The notes under the pieces: generated by a model
What the model was told of the DNA's origin: nothing
Database searches by the model: none
The model's input: only the letters and a program-made list of their open reading frames with translations
Position numbers and translations under genes: made by a program
Part shown: positions 34,801-47,102 of the stretch, one piece after another
How the letters are laid out: each line of letters opens with the position of its first letter
Numbering within the stretch: position 1 is the first letter of the stretch
DNA from: Takakia lepidozioides
Lineage: Eukaryota; Plantae; Bryophyta
Direction: 5' to 3'
NCBI GenBank assembly: GCA_030704615.1
Contig: CM060733.1
Coordinates: 70,246,001-70,310,000, forward strand
Length of the DNA stretch: 64,000 nucleotides

Positions 34801-36187
34801 AAACGGGGTAATGGTCTGAGTTGCATAGACTATTAATGTGCACATGACTGTTGAGGTATGTTGGGAGGTCGTTATGTGTCTTGAGGTAGAAGCCATCAAG
34901 AAGGCTTAAGGATGAGTAGTTGAGTCCACCTTGTCTAGAATAATGGTGGTCGGCGGGTATATAACGAAGGTGATGTGATTGAGTAAATTTGGCCCATTCC
35001 TGGTCTGCGGGGGATGGAGTTTTGCGTATACCGTTGTATGTGTGACCCATCAGGGCAATGTCCCTGTTGAAATCACCTGCTAGAATGTAGTGTTGGGAGT
35101 CGGTGGAGGTTTGGGTAAGTGTGTTGGAGATGGTAAATAGGATATCAGGGATCAGGGGGAGGTCTTCGGCGTGTGTGGGCATGTACAAGTGTATAAGGAT
35201 AATGGGGAGGAGCGCGGGGAGGTGGAGTTTGATGATTTGAAGGTATGATCGGAGGGGGAGAGCGACAGGTATTTTGACCGTGGTGCTAGGGGAGTGATGT
35301 GTGCGGAGAATACCAAAAGCCACACCGCCCCGGGTAGGATGGTATGGTACAGAGCGTCTAGTTAGGCACTGTGCTGCTGTGAATGAGCTACCATACAACA
35401 TATAATAGGCTGGAAAGAGCTTGTTGATATAAGAACTATTGGGGTTGTGTGTGTTGAGTTTAGTTTCTTGTAATAGGATGATGTGTGGGGATGTAGAGTC
35501 TGTGAGGTGGATTAGGCTTTGAATGCTGGTGGCAAGTGATCCTACATTCCAAGTGGTGATGTTGAGTGAAATGTGTTTGTTGGGAGGGGGAGGTTTATGG
35601 GGATCTAGGGGGTTCTGGAGGCAGGCTACTGAGGGGGTTGTGTGCATTGGGTGGGGGGGGTAGGTGGGAATGGCGTGGTCTGGGGTTGGTATCTAGAGAT
35701 GGTTGTATTGGCTTGCAGGGTGGTAGTGAGAATGTCTCGGGAGAGAAATGGGAATTTGTTGGCGATATCATCTAGTGTTTGTGTGGTACCAGTTGGGTGG
35801 GCCAGGTATTCACCTAGTAGTTTGTGGACTCCTCCGGGCTTGGATTGTAGCAGGTTGAGAGATTCGTGGAGGTCATGGAGGTAGTGTGGGGGTGCTAGGT
35901 AGTTATGGGGTAGTGTGAGTAGATTATGCAGTTGATGTAGTAGTGAGCTGACGCTACTGTCTGGTTGATTCCTGAAGTAGTCGTTGCATATGGAGGATAT
36001 TGGGGAGATGATAATGATTAATGAGAATAGGAGGTGTTGGATAGAGATGGTCCTTGGGGAGATTGTTAATGATGCTAGTGATGGTAGAGGGGCCCGGGTT
36101 TGGGTGAATGTCACCACCACGTAGGAGTATAAGTTTATAGGACGCAAAGTGGGAGGGTGGATGGTGAAAGGAGTGCTTGGAGGCCAA
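28900..36187 (-). pseudogene. Pol polyprotein: 2A-like peptide, APE, RT, chromodomain, PCIF1-like domain, RNase H, CCHC-like finger, RLE; interrupted by stops and frameshifts
   Basis: APE: ITTWNV, ILLQET, LAGDFN, SDHYPV. RT: NYRPIAL, DFKNAF, QGDTLSP, YADD (~33115). RNase H: YYTDGS, AELMAI, FTDS, GNEEAD. RLE: RHNQAV, PDILLV, IEFTFCHD, KRQKY, ITAGTRG. Confidence 0.85.
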
Positions 36188-37960
36188 TGGTTTTTGGTGG
36201 TATCTCCCATGGGGGCAGTGGGTTATGAGGTGGTTCTCAAGGGGCTAGGGAGTAGGGGTGCAGGGAAGATAGTTGGTAGGGAAATGTATGTTGGAAGGGG
36301 ATTTGGTGTCGTCATAATGGGTATGAGTGGAGCTAGTTGTGAGTGTGTGTACGGGTGGTAGTATTGTGATTAGATTCGGGCGGGGTACCATTAGGTGTCC
36401 GCGGGAGTGGCGCCGTAGGGTTTTGTGTTTAGCGGTGGGTGTGGGTATTAGATGGGAGAAAGAGAGAGAGGTGGGTGGGTCGCGGAGATGGATTGAGTTG
36501 GGCATAGGTGCAAGTATGGGTACTTTCAAGTGGGTTAAGTAACGGTCGTGGGTGGTTGGGGGGTGAGTTTGGGGGCTCAGGATAGAGGGGGTTAGGCAAC
36601 ATATGATAGATTGGGGCATTTGGCGAGTGCGGGCTGGGTAAGTACGCGGGATAGTATTTGGTTTATGGGAGGTGATGCTTCTGTATATGAGATGTTGAGG
36701 TAGACGGGATTTGGATGTGGGGGTCCGTTTGCTAGGTCTACTGGCGCAGCAGTACGAGAGAGGGTAAATATTATAGTAGTACATAATTGGAGGTTGAGAA
36801 ATATGTGACAGGGGGTTTTGAAGGAGGGTGGGTATGGGATATGTAGATTGGGAAGTAAAAGAGGATGTGAAGTACAGCGGGCGGATGGCGTCGATAGGGA
36901 GCTCGGTTGAAAAAGGGCGTGATAGAAGAAAATGACGTAGGCGGTTAATGTATTGTGATATAGTTGGATGCAGCCACTGTGCTGGGAGGGGATGGGGATA
37001 GGGTAGGATGGGTGGAATCCATAGGAGTATATTGGGAGGGTGGGGATGGATGAGAGTGGTGGCGGGAGGATGGATGAGTGGGTCGGCGAGGAGTTATGTT
37101 GAATGCGGGAGATGTACATGTATTGGCTATTTATGGTAGGTATGTAGGGAGTGGGAAAGCGGGTGACAGGGTGTAGGTATGCATGGGGAGTCCGTGTACC
37201 GGGGTATAGGCAGGTGGCGGGGGTGTATAGGTTGATTTTTGTACGTAACATGGGAATGGGATGGAGGTAGTTTTGTGGGGGTGAAAAATATAGGGGTAAC
37301 CACCCAGGCCTGGACATGATTGGGTGGCGACTAGTTATATAATAATAGAGAGTGTGTGGTTTTTTGAGGACTGGCGTGGGGGTTAGATATGGTACGAGGG
37401 ATAGGTATGGTAGATATGGTACGGGGTGTATACGGCGGGTAGGGCAATTGAGCGGGTAGGACGCGCTTTTGGGGCGGCCTGGATGTTGTAATTACGGTGA
37501 TAGCAACCCGTGGGAATTGCGGCGGGCTGGTAGGATTTGAATTTGTGGCATTGGTGGGGGGGGGGGGGGGGGGGTTACGTGGCACTGTAGGGCGTGGCAA
37601 GATGTAATGGTGGAATTGGTGCGATTGTGACACATGTGGCAGGGAGGGGAGAGAGTGCAAAAGTGGTGTCTTCGATTGGCAATCCAGGGGGGATCGGGCT
37701 TGTGATGGCGTGAGATGGGGCGATCTTGAGAGTGTAGAGGGTGTAGTGTGGGGGTGCAGAGTAAGTAAAAAGAGGATCTGAACTTAGCGAGTGTAGAGTC
37801 ATGAATTGAAGTTGTAGAAAAAAGGAGTATATAGCATATGAAGTAAGTTGAGCAGAAGAGAGCTATGAGTCCTTTGATAGATGAGATTGAGGTACCATAG
37901 AGATTGCGCGGCGAAGGGAGACTGTGTCATGGGTGCGTAGCCAGAGATTTCTCGATGTGT

Positions 37961-40085
37961 TCACACATTGTCAATGGTGGTATCTACTGGAATTGCACTT
38001 CCGTCGGGGGAGCTGGTGATACGCAGGGTGTGGCCGTTCGTGGCCAATTGCTGGTACGGAGAGCCAGCTGCAGTTTGGGCAAAGGGGGAATCTGCAATGT
38101 TGAAACGCGGAGGGAATGTATGGTGCAGTTCGACCGCAACTGCTGGCCGATACCCACCTGTTAGAGCCTCCGTCCCATCCTTGACCTCTCCCGTTCCTGC
38201 AGAAGGAGTAGCCATACTGGAGGGGGGTGGTAATTTGTTCAGAACCAGGTTAGCATGTCTGTAAAAGCTGGCCAGATTGTCTCCCAGATTCTGGTTGACT
38301 CTTGTAGCAAGACCAGATACGTATGGTGGACTTCCTGTTGTGCTTGAATGGTGGAAGCAACTCTGCCTTCCATGGCTGCAAGATCTCCGCGGATGTCCTT
38401 GCGTATGGAAATAGCATGGTCGGTAAGCCGTTGGTCGATTTCTGACATCATCTGGTCGTGGTTCCGACTGGGACCAGCATTTGGTTGAATGCTGATGGAA
38501 TTAACAGTGTCAGCTAGCGCCTGATTAATGTTCGCCACCTGCATCCGGTCAAGTATCTCTTTGGGTGGAGGGGACGAGCCGTTGAGACTGTGTGCAAGTG
38601 GCTCAAATTTGATCCGTCAATCAATGACCATAATGTCAGGCTTGTGACACCACTGAGTGTAGATACTGGGGTCTTACAGGTGATTAGGACCATACCAGTA
38701 TGTCTTGTTTTTTCCGTGGGAGCCACCGAGTTGTAGTGCAGTTGTGCAATGTTGTCTTTGCCAAAGAGGGAGTGGAAGGCGTTCGTGGTAGCAGTCTGAG
38801 AGTGAAGGGAGTTGAGATTCTTGACCACCAGTGTAAGGGCATCACGTTCTGCAACCAATTCTTGCGGGGTAGCTTTGAGTCCAGTCATACTTGTCTTTTT
38901 GACCCGTAGCTGTGGCCTGAGGAGCGTATGCTCGTAGCGGATTCCATGCATCAACATACGTTGCTTGGTGTCCTCTGAGGCCAAGTAGACAAAGCAGAAT
39001 TTTGACTCTGGGCCTGGCTTGTGCACATGAAGGATTTCGAATTCGTCTTCATGCGAATATGACTCCAGGATGAACTGCCTGGTGAGGGTGTAGCTGAGAG
39101 CTCCCAGTAAGGATTCGTTGGTCAAGTAAAGAGAGAGATACTTGGGGGAGGCAGGCAGATCAAATGCCTTCTCTATTTTTCCTTGGACCTGTAGGCCAGA
39201 GGCCATCTCCATTACAAAGGCACGGTCGCCTTTCAAGAGGGCCACACCGTCAGTGGCGGGGTGTAGGAGCTCAACTTTGAAAAAACCTGCCCAGAGTTAG
39301 CTTGTGTGCGTTGTATATGCTGTGATTGGTGCTAACAGGACTTTGCCGAGAGGGATATTCATAACTTCAAATCTCTTGCGAGCCCTGAACAGAGCCTGTT
39401 CCTTGGGCATGTCAGTGTCGGAGTCAAATCGTATGATGATGTGGTATGGCGTTGCAGGCAGACATGAGACTAGGTCGATTACGGTCCCTTTTGGTAGTTG
39501 CGTGAGCGGGTAGAGTTGCCCTTCTCTCCCATCTGGACGGACCGCGGGATAGAATAATTGAGGGACGTGAGGATAGGCTTTGAGACTGTGCCTCATCTCG
39601 TAGATTTCACTGTTCAAGAGGCCCAGGGCTTGGTGAGCTAACGTGGGGCGGGTCTCCTTGATGTAGGGGAGCTTGGTATCACTTGCATGTTTCTCCAAGG
39701 CGTAGTAGCCCATCCAGAGTGGGGGGTCAACCTGGTAGCTTGAGATCTCCATGATGGGGGAATGGCCCCTGGATTTTTTCGGATCCGAGTGGGAACTCCC
39801 CGCATCGTTGTTGTAATTGCTCGGAGAACGCTTGTGGCGTGGGCTGCTGTTGTGCATCTTTGCTGGGGTACACAGTGCTAATTGTTGCGTTGGCTATTGT
39901 GGACTTGGTGTGTTGAGGGGGTGACCTGATGTGTGCTCCATATGGGAGGCCGTTTGTTTGTGAGCTGAGCGTGTTTGGTATGCTTGAGGGTTGGCGAAGA
40001 ATTTTTCGTCAGAGAGATGCATTTCGCTGACATCAGTGTCATTGTGGAGCAGCATGTCTTCGTCGCCATCGAGGTGCTGCTTCAT
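37961..40085 (-). pseudogene. LINE ORF1-like protein (RRM-like segments and coiled coil), disrupted
   Basis: ORFs 39297-39857 and 38514-39245 share one frame across a single stop. RRM-like segments KFCFVYL and TLVVKNLN...HTGMVLIT. Helical segment at 38239-38544. It lies upstream of pol. Confidence 0.55.
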
Positions 40086-43000
40086 TATGGCAGAGGGGTT
40101 GCGGGCACGGCTGGGGCTAATAGGTGACCTTCGACTGTGAGTTTTTTTTGTCTATGGAGCGGGATTGCTTATGGAGGGTGTGAGACTGTTTTTGGATGCT
40201 ACCTGAACATGCGCTAGTCATGCGTGGAGAGGGGGAGTGGTAGAGTATGAAGCAGAATGGGAATAAACTGTACGTTGTGTTTGAGAGGAGGAGAGGGCAA
40301 AGGTGAGTGTGTGGATTATAGAGGGGGCGAAGTAGGGGGTGGTATAAAGAGAGTGGAATGGCAGAAGAAGAGGCTAAGTGGGTGGTGCATGAGTGAGTGT
40401 AGTAAGGGTGGTGAAGGAGTGGGTGGCAGAGGTTGAGGTGAGGGAGACAGTTACGGGTTGGGTTAGGAGGGGGCGTACCAGATATGATGGCTGGGTTTCG
40501 AGGAGAGATTGTTGTTGTAGAGGGGTGACGGCTTGGTATATTGAATGAGCAGCGCGGGCAGGGGGGAGCCATAACTGTGACAGTCCGTGTATAACTGCAA
40601 AGCGGCGATCTTGTGCTGCGGCTGGGCGAGGAGGCATTAAGGTTTTTGGTTATATTGGAGGTTGGCGAGAGTATGTTGCCAGGGGCAGGCGGCGGGGAGG
40701 GAGATCGCATGTGGGAATGTGGTGGCGCTGTGATGGATTGAGATCGAAGCATTCGATTTTGGCAGATATGACTCTGAAGGGGGGGGGCGCCAGCATTAAT
40801 GGGGCATGAATACAAATAGAGGGCCCGCACAAGAGTGGCTGGGAGGAGATAGGATGCTTGTTGAGAATTTACTCATTGTGTCTCTAGTTGGAAATTAAGG
40901 ATGTGTTGTGAATTCGCACGGGTATTAGGAAAGTTACTCTTCTGCGGGCTTGTGTTGTGTATGAATATTTGGGAGATGAGAGGAGTAGAGTAATGGACTT
41001 GGGGAATAGAGTAGTGAATAGGGGGCAGGGAAGGGATTACGTCAGCTTTTGGAACGTTGGGGGGTTGATTGAATCGGAGTGTTAATGAGCTATGTTGTGT
41101 GACGGGGGGTGTCTTGTGTGGTGATGGGGGGGCAGGCTGGGCCAGACACCTTGGCGAGGTATGGGTGCGGATGAACGCAAAATGGCAGCAAGATAGATTT
41201 TTACAAATGAGAGAGAGTGAGTAAGATGCGAGGGAGATAGCGAGTGTGGCAGAGAGAACAGGATGAGGTTGAGGATTACTTGTATAATGGCGTGGTGGGG
41301 GTATTATGGCAAGGAATTGATGACTTTTAATGTGTAGCGGTAGATAGCCCAGGCTGAGGGGGTGTCTATAGAAAGATTTGGAGAGGATCGTACGTTGGTA
41401 AACCAGCCTTGTGCTAGGTAGAGTGAGGCCCATGTCGGCATGGATTTTTAACATAATAGGGGCTTGGTATATTGAGGTGAGTAGCTTACAGGCTGCACAC
41501 TGAGCATGGGTGTAATGGTGTGTCCATATGTTGGTGACCTGCGCAGCAGGCTGAAGTGAGAACAGGTGGAGCAGGGGGTGACCAGCGATGGCCGATGGAC
41601 TATGTGAAAGAATTATAATGAAAAATGGTACATAGAAAGAGCCTGATTGATTCCAAGTGATTGCGGTGTGGTGAGCGTGGTAGTGGTACATAGAGGAAGT
41701 CAGTTCCCACGTCAGCAGGGAGTGGGTCATGTTGTGTGAAGGGGCAGAAGTATATAACGGGTGTCCAACATTGACGGAGTGTCTACATGGAAAGTGGTGG
41801 AAGGAGGTGGAGTAGAATTGGTACGTAGGGATTGTATATGAGGTTAATCGCAAATACACAGTGAAGCCTACAAAAGGGAGAGGTGTAGCCAATTGGTTCC
41901 AATAGAGGGGTATGAAGTTAGAGTAAGCTATCCTGTTAGAGCAGCCCCACGCTGGGGGCTTGGGTACCAATGGGCTGAAGCGGGAACTTAAGTCAATGAC
42001 ACAACTATATCTAAGTACATAGAGCTGTTCGGAGAGATGAGAGAGCAAAAATGGTGTTAGCTGTTGAATTAGATAAGTCCTGATCAGATTTGGCATGTTG
42101 GTGCCGGCACCCGTGGACTCCGTTGGCTTGGACAGTCCAGATGGAGCTGTGATAGAGTCGTGGGGCAATGACCTTTGGTTGAGGGTGGCAAACCAGCGAG
42201 ACCGAGAAGCTGGAAGAGTGTGAACTTGATATAATTGTTGGGCTAAGACGGCATAGCGGGGGCCTGGGGGGGGACCTTGTTGATGGCAGCATAGTTGCTT
42301 CATGTGGGGAGGGCTGCCGCTTATGTTGATGGAGCTGGCATGTAGTGTATCGGGGCTTGGCGTGCATTTGGTGATGAGAGCAGCCTGAGTGAGTTCCTGC
42401 ACAGGTAATTGAAGTGAGAGAGCAGCACAATCAGCTGAAAAAAGAGGTGGGTATGGGAAAGGGGGGAGAGAGGATGGAGGGGTGCCAGAGAGTGGGCAGC
42501 AGTGTGTGGGTGGGCGTTTGGTGAATGAGCAGCGGTCCGTAGCAAAGAGCTGGGGCTGATATCGGTAACTGAAGTGGTATATGTGTTGGTTCTTAAGCCT
42601 TGTGTAGGTGGGATCCCCACAGATATAGTAACAGGAGCAGTAATGGGGTATAGAGTGGTACATAGTGGCAAGGTAATTGAAGGGGGAAGGGAGTAGATGG
42701 TGGAGAGGGGGAGGTAACTGAGGAGTACAGAGAAGTGGTCTGATAAGGAGAATTAGTTGGACGCCCTTGTAGCTAATTTGTGGGGTGTTGGGGTGGCTTG
42801 CAAGTGAGGTGGGCATGACCTTGCAGGCCAGCGGTTGGAAGAAGCAAGTTTTATGCCATTTGCGAGAGATTAAAAACAGGTTGTGATGAGAAAGAGAGGT
42901 ACTTGGTGTACTCGTGCGCACACATAGACCAAGAAAGGAAAGGAGGCACCTGGTGAGTCCGACGGGGCATAGGGCCAAACCAGCGTTCCAGAGCCTGCAC

Positions 43001-45168
43001 TGTTGGTCCAGTCACTTGAGGAAAAATAGGGAGGGTGGTAACTGCCCGTAGGGTCTCCCGCAACGGCCAGTGGGGAGGGAGCAGTGCAGCTTGTGGTGGC
43101 CCTGGTGAGGGGGGGTCGTTGGGATGTCGGTTTGGGAGGGTTGATGGGATCTGAAGCTGCGTAGCGCGTATGAGATATCCTGCCAGTGCCCACTACATGA
43201 GAAAACCTTGGGACTGCAAAGGGGAGACGGAGGATCTGAGTGTGACCTGGTAGTACACGACAGCATAGTAGCGACAGTATAGAGAGGGTAATTCAAGTGT
43301 CGAGGGGTATGGTGGCAGGTGAGAGTGGGGGTGTGGGGCAAGAGCCCAGAGCAGGGAGAGCTATGCACTTTAAAAGTAGGAGCATGGTACATAGAGCTGG
43401 CTGTTGGGGGATGGGTGTGACAGTGAGAGAGAGACAGATGAAAGCGGAAATTGCAGCATCTCCTTAATGTAAATAAAGTTGGGAATGAGACAAACGGATA
43501 ATTGACCATACATTGCAAGAATCTTATATCTGTGATATGGGTGATTTGGATTCTCTTATGAAGGTAAATGATTGAGTAGTGTGGAAGTGGAAATGAGCAG
43601 GGTGGGATGGGGTAAGTGTAAGGATGAAGAGTGCCTGGAAACGTGGGGCGAAACAGAAGGGGGGATGTGATGGGGGATAAAGTACCTTTTGTGCTTGTGC
43701 TCAGCCAGATAGAGAAAGTGGAAGTATGGCACCTGATACAGGTTCCCTGACCTTGAAGGGAACAAGTGACAGTCTGATGCTGGTACACAAGGGAGGGGCC
43801 GTAGCTTAGGTCGAGGTGGGGTGGGGGGCATTGGGCTGTTGTCGCTGGAGCCATCCGGTGGCGGCCTATCGCGTTGCTGGCTGCTGGTAACATACGCATC
43901 AGTTGCCATTTCCATTCGATCCGTGCTCCAACCTCAAAGAAAGGGCTGTTACGAGAGCTGGGGGTCGAAAAAAGAATTTCTTTCCCTTTCTCAACGAAAG
44001 TGACCATAGGCTGTCTATCGTGCTGGTGTTGGTCATGGAGGAGCTCGCAAAATGGCGGGGGAACTCTGTCGTTGCATTGTGCACTAATCAGCTTCATCTG
44101 CCGGAGCTCGGATCGAGCGATTGTGTGTAGTGGCGTAGATAACCTCTTTGGTAAGTCAATGTCGCGCCTCCAGTAGGGAGTGGCCATGGCAGTGGTGGGA
44201 GGCGTGGGGGCTTGCAAACAACATATGGCACAGAAGCCTCGGAAGCCGAGATCTCCCAGAGAGCGTCGTGAGAATCGGCAGGTGCCTGAATAGGACGATG
44301 GTGAAGAAATGCCGCTCTAGGGGGACCATTCGAATCGTGGTCTCCTGTTGAATACAGAGAAGGAGGGTGCATGCTACTCCATCTGTGGAGCAGGCCTCCT
44401 TGCCGCGCCAAAGAGTGAGGGGACGGGCTATGGCGGCGGGGAGGAGCGGCGGTCGGGCGGTAGTCAAGGCAAGAGTAGCCGAGCCGACATAAAATAAGGA
44501 AATATAACAAAGAATAGCTAATCATATAGTGAGACCCTAAAAAATAAGTCATAATTAGCAGCTTAGCGATGAGAAGAGCAGCGGACTAACAGGGGAGCGG
44601 TACCCACTGTTAGCTTCCAAACTTTGCCAGCACGTTCCAGACACCCTCTCACAGGTCCCGGACTAATATGAGATCAATCGAAATTCATTCGATGGCTCAA
44701 CGGATGGTTGGCCATCAAAATGATTTTGGTTTGCTTTGAGACTTGGCTACTATGTTCAATGTGCCATGTAAGAGGCCCCAGAGTAATATGAGATCAATCG
44801 AAATTCGTTCAATGGGCCAACGGATGGTTGCCCATCCAAATGATTTTCGTTCGCTTTGAAACTTGGCCAGTGTGTCCAATGTACCCTATGATACGTCCCA
44901 GTGTAATACGAGATCAATCGAAAATCGTTCGATTGTCCAATGAGGCGTTCACTTGTCATCTGGTTTTTGTTCAATGCGAAAAAGAAATCCTGCAATGCGT
45001 GCGCAACTATTGCACCCATTGAACGGATGTGGTTGAAGGCCCTCTTTTGCCAACCAACCATCCGTTGAGCCATCGAATGAATTTCGATTGATCTCATATT
45101 AATCCGAGACCTGTGAGAGGGTGTCTGGAATGTGTTGGCAAGGTTTGGAAGCTAACAGTGGGTACCGC

Positions 45169-46830
45169 AAACATAGGCCGTCGCTTCATAAGCGACCGCT
45201 AGCATAGGCGGTCGCTTCATTTTCAAAACATTTAAAATAAATAAGCGACCGCCAATAGGCGGTCGCATTTTCAAAATTTAAAATAAATAAGCGACCGCCA
45301 ACATAGGCGGTCGCTTCATTTAAAAAAAGTTAAAAAAAAAATAAGCGTTCCAACATAGGCGCCCGCTTCATTTTCAAAATATTTTAAATAAATACGCGAC
45401 CGCCAGCATAGGCGGTCGTTTCATTTTCAAAACATTTTAAATAAATAAGCGACCGCCAGCATAGGCGGTCGCTTCATTTTCAAAACATTTAAAATAAATA
45501 AGCGACCGCCAACATAGGCGGTCGTTTCATTGAGAAAAAATTAAAAATAAATAAGCGACCGCCAGCATAGGCGGTCGCTTCATTTTCAAAACATTTAAAA
45601 TAAATAAGCGACTGCCAATATAGGCGGTTGTTTCATTTTCAAAAACTTATAAAAAAATATGCGACCGCCAATATAGGCGGTCGCTTCATTTAAAAAAAGT
45701 TTAAAAAAAATAAGCGACTGCCAATAGCGCTTCATTTTCAAATTTAAAAAAATAAACGACCGCGCGTCGCTTCATTTTCATAACATTTAAAATAAATGCG
45801 ACGCCACATAGGCGGTCGCTTCATTTTCAAAAACTTTAAAAAAAATAAGCGACCGCCAACATAGGCTGTCGCTTCATTTAAAAAAAATTAGCGACCGCCA
45901 GCATAGGCGCTCGCTTCATTTTCAAAACATTTTAAATAAATAAGCGACCGCCAGCATAGGCGGTCGCTTCATTTAAATTTTTTTTTAAAAAAAAAAGCGA
46001 CTGCCAACATAGGCGGTCCTTTCATTTTCAAAAACTTTAAAATAAATAAGCGATTGCCAACATAGGCGGTGGCTTCACTACAAAAAAAAAAAAAAAAAAA
46101 AAAAAACGACCGCTAGCATAGGCGGTCGCTTCATTTTCAAACCATTTTAAATAAATAAGCGACCCCCAGCATAGGCGGTCGCTTCATTTTCAAAGCATTT
46201 AAAATAAATAAGCGGCCGCCAACATAGGCGGTCGCTTCATTTATTTATTTATTAATATAAATAAGCGACTGCCAGCATAGGCGGTCGCTTCATTTTCAAA
46301 ACATTTTAAATAAATAAGCGACTGCCAGCATAGGCGGTCGCTTCATTTTCAAAACATTTTAAATAAATAAGCGACCGCCAACATAGGCGGTCGCTTCATT
46401 TTTTCAAAAAACTTAAAAAAAAATAAGCGACCGCCAACATGGGCGGTCGCTTCATTTCCAAAATAATTAAAACAAATCGACCGTCAGTAATGGCGGTCGC
46501 TGCATTTTGTAAAAACAAAAACTGCCAGTAATGGAAGTGAGGGGAGAATGACTTGGGGCTTATATGCCCCCCCCCCCGGCCTCATTCCTTGCTCCACGCG
46601 CAGGGCAGACCTCGTAGAAGCGACCGGCACCATGGCGGTCGCTCCACTTAAAAACAAAAAAAACGACCGCCAGTAATGGCGTTCGCTGCATTATAAAAAC
46701 AAAAAAAAACTTCAAGCGAAGTGAGGGGAGAATGTCCCGGAGCTTATATGCCCCCTTCCCCCCGCCTCACTCCTCGCTCTATGTGCAGGTCATACTTCGT
46801 AGAAGCGACCGCCACCTTGGCGGTCGCTCC
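45169..46830. repeat. Array of hairpin repeats AAGCGACCGCC-A(A/G)CATA-GGCGGTCGCTT at ~53-bp period, probably hAT subterminal
   Basis: More than 20 copies, for example starting at 46263, 46316 and 46369. A/T-rich spacers. It flanks the hAT transposase. Confidence 0.85.
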
Positions 46831-47102
46831 ATTTAAATAAAAATGAATGCACAGTTGGAAGCGTGGCACAATTGTTCTCCATTTCACAAGCAAATCACCG
46901 AACACAAACATGAGCAAGTGATGGTGCATTTGGCCGACATTTTGGCTGGTATACACATGGGCAACATCTTTTATTTTCCAACACATACACAACACCAATA
47001 CAAATACTCATAGTGACAATGATTACATTGGTATTACTTCAGTACAGAAATATAAACATGTCCACTAAAAAAGTGCTGATGCATGCCTACAGCTGTTTTG
47101 CT

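Larger units (their letters stand above)
28864..44607 (-). mobile_element. Full-length 15.7-kb Dualen/RandI-like non-LTR retrotransposon (dual APE + RLE endonucleases)
   Basis: 12-bp TSD TGTTAGCTTCCA at 28852-28863 and 44608-44619. (TC)n 3' tail. ORF1-like and pol regions on the minus strand. Strong C/A strand bias throughout. Confidence 0.85.

Noticed and set aside
45157-45168. CAGTGGGTACCGC as the hAT left TIR
   Set aside because: It is the inverted copy of the LINE 5' end and TSD, and no matching right TIR with an 8-bp TSD was found.
45169-46830. CRISPR array or REP elements
   Set aside because: Spacers are near-identical A/T tracts and the block flanks a hAT transposase, as subterminal repeats do.
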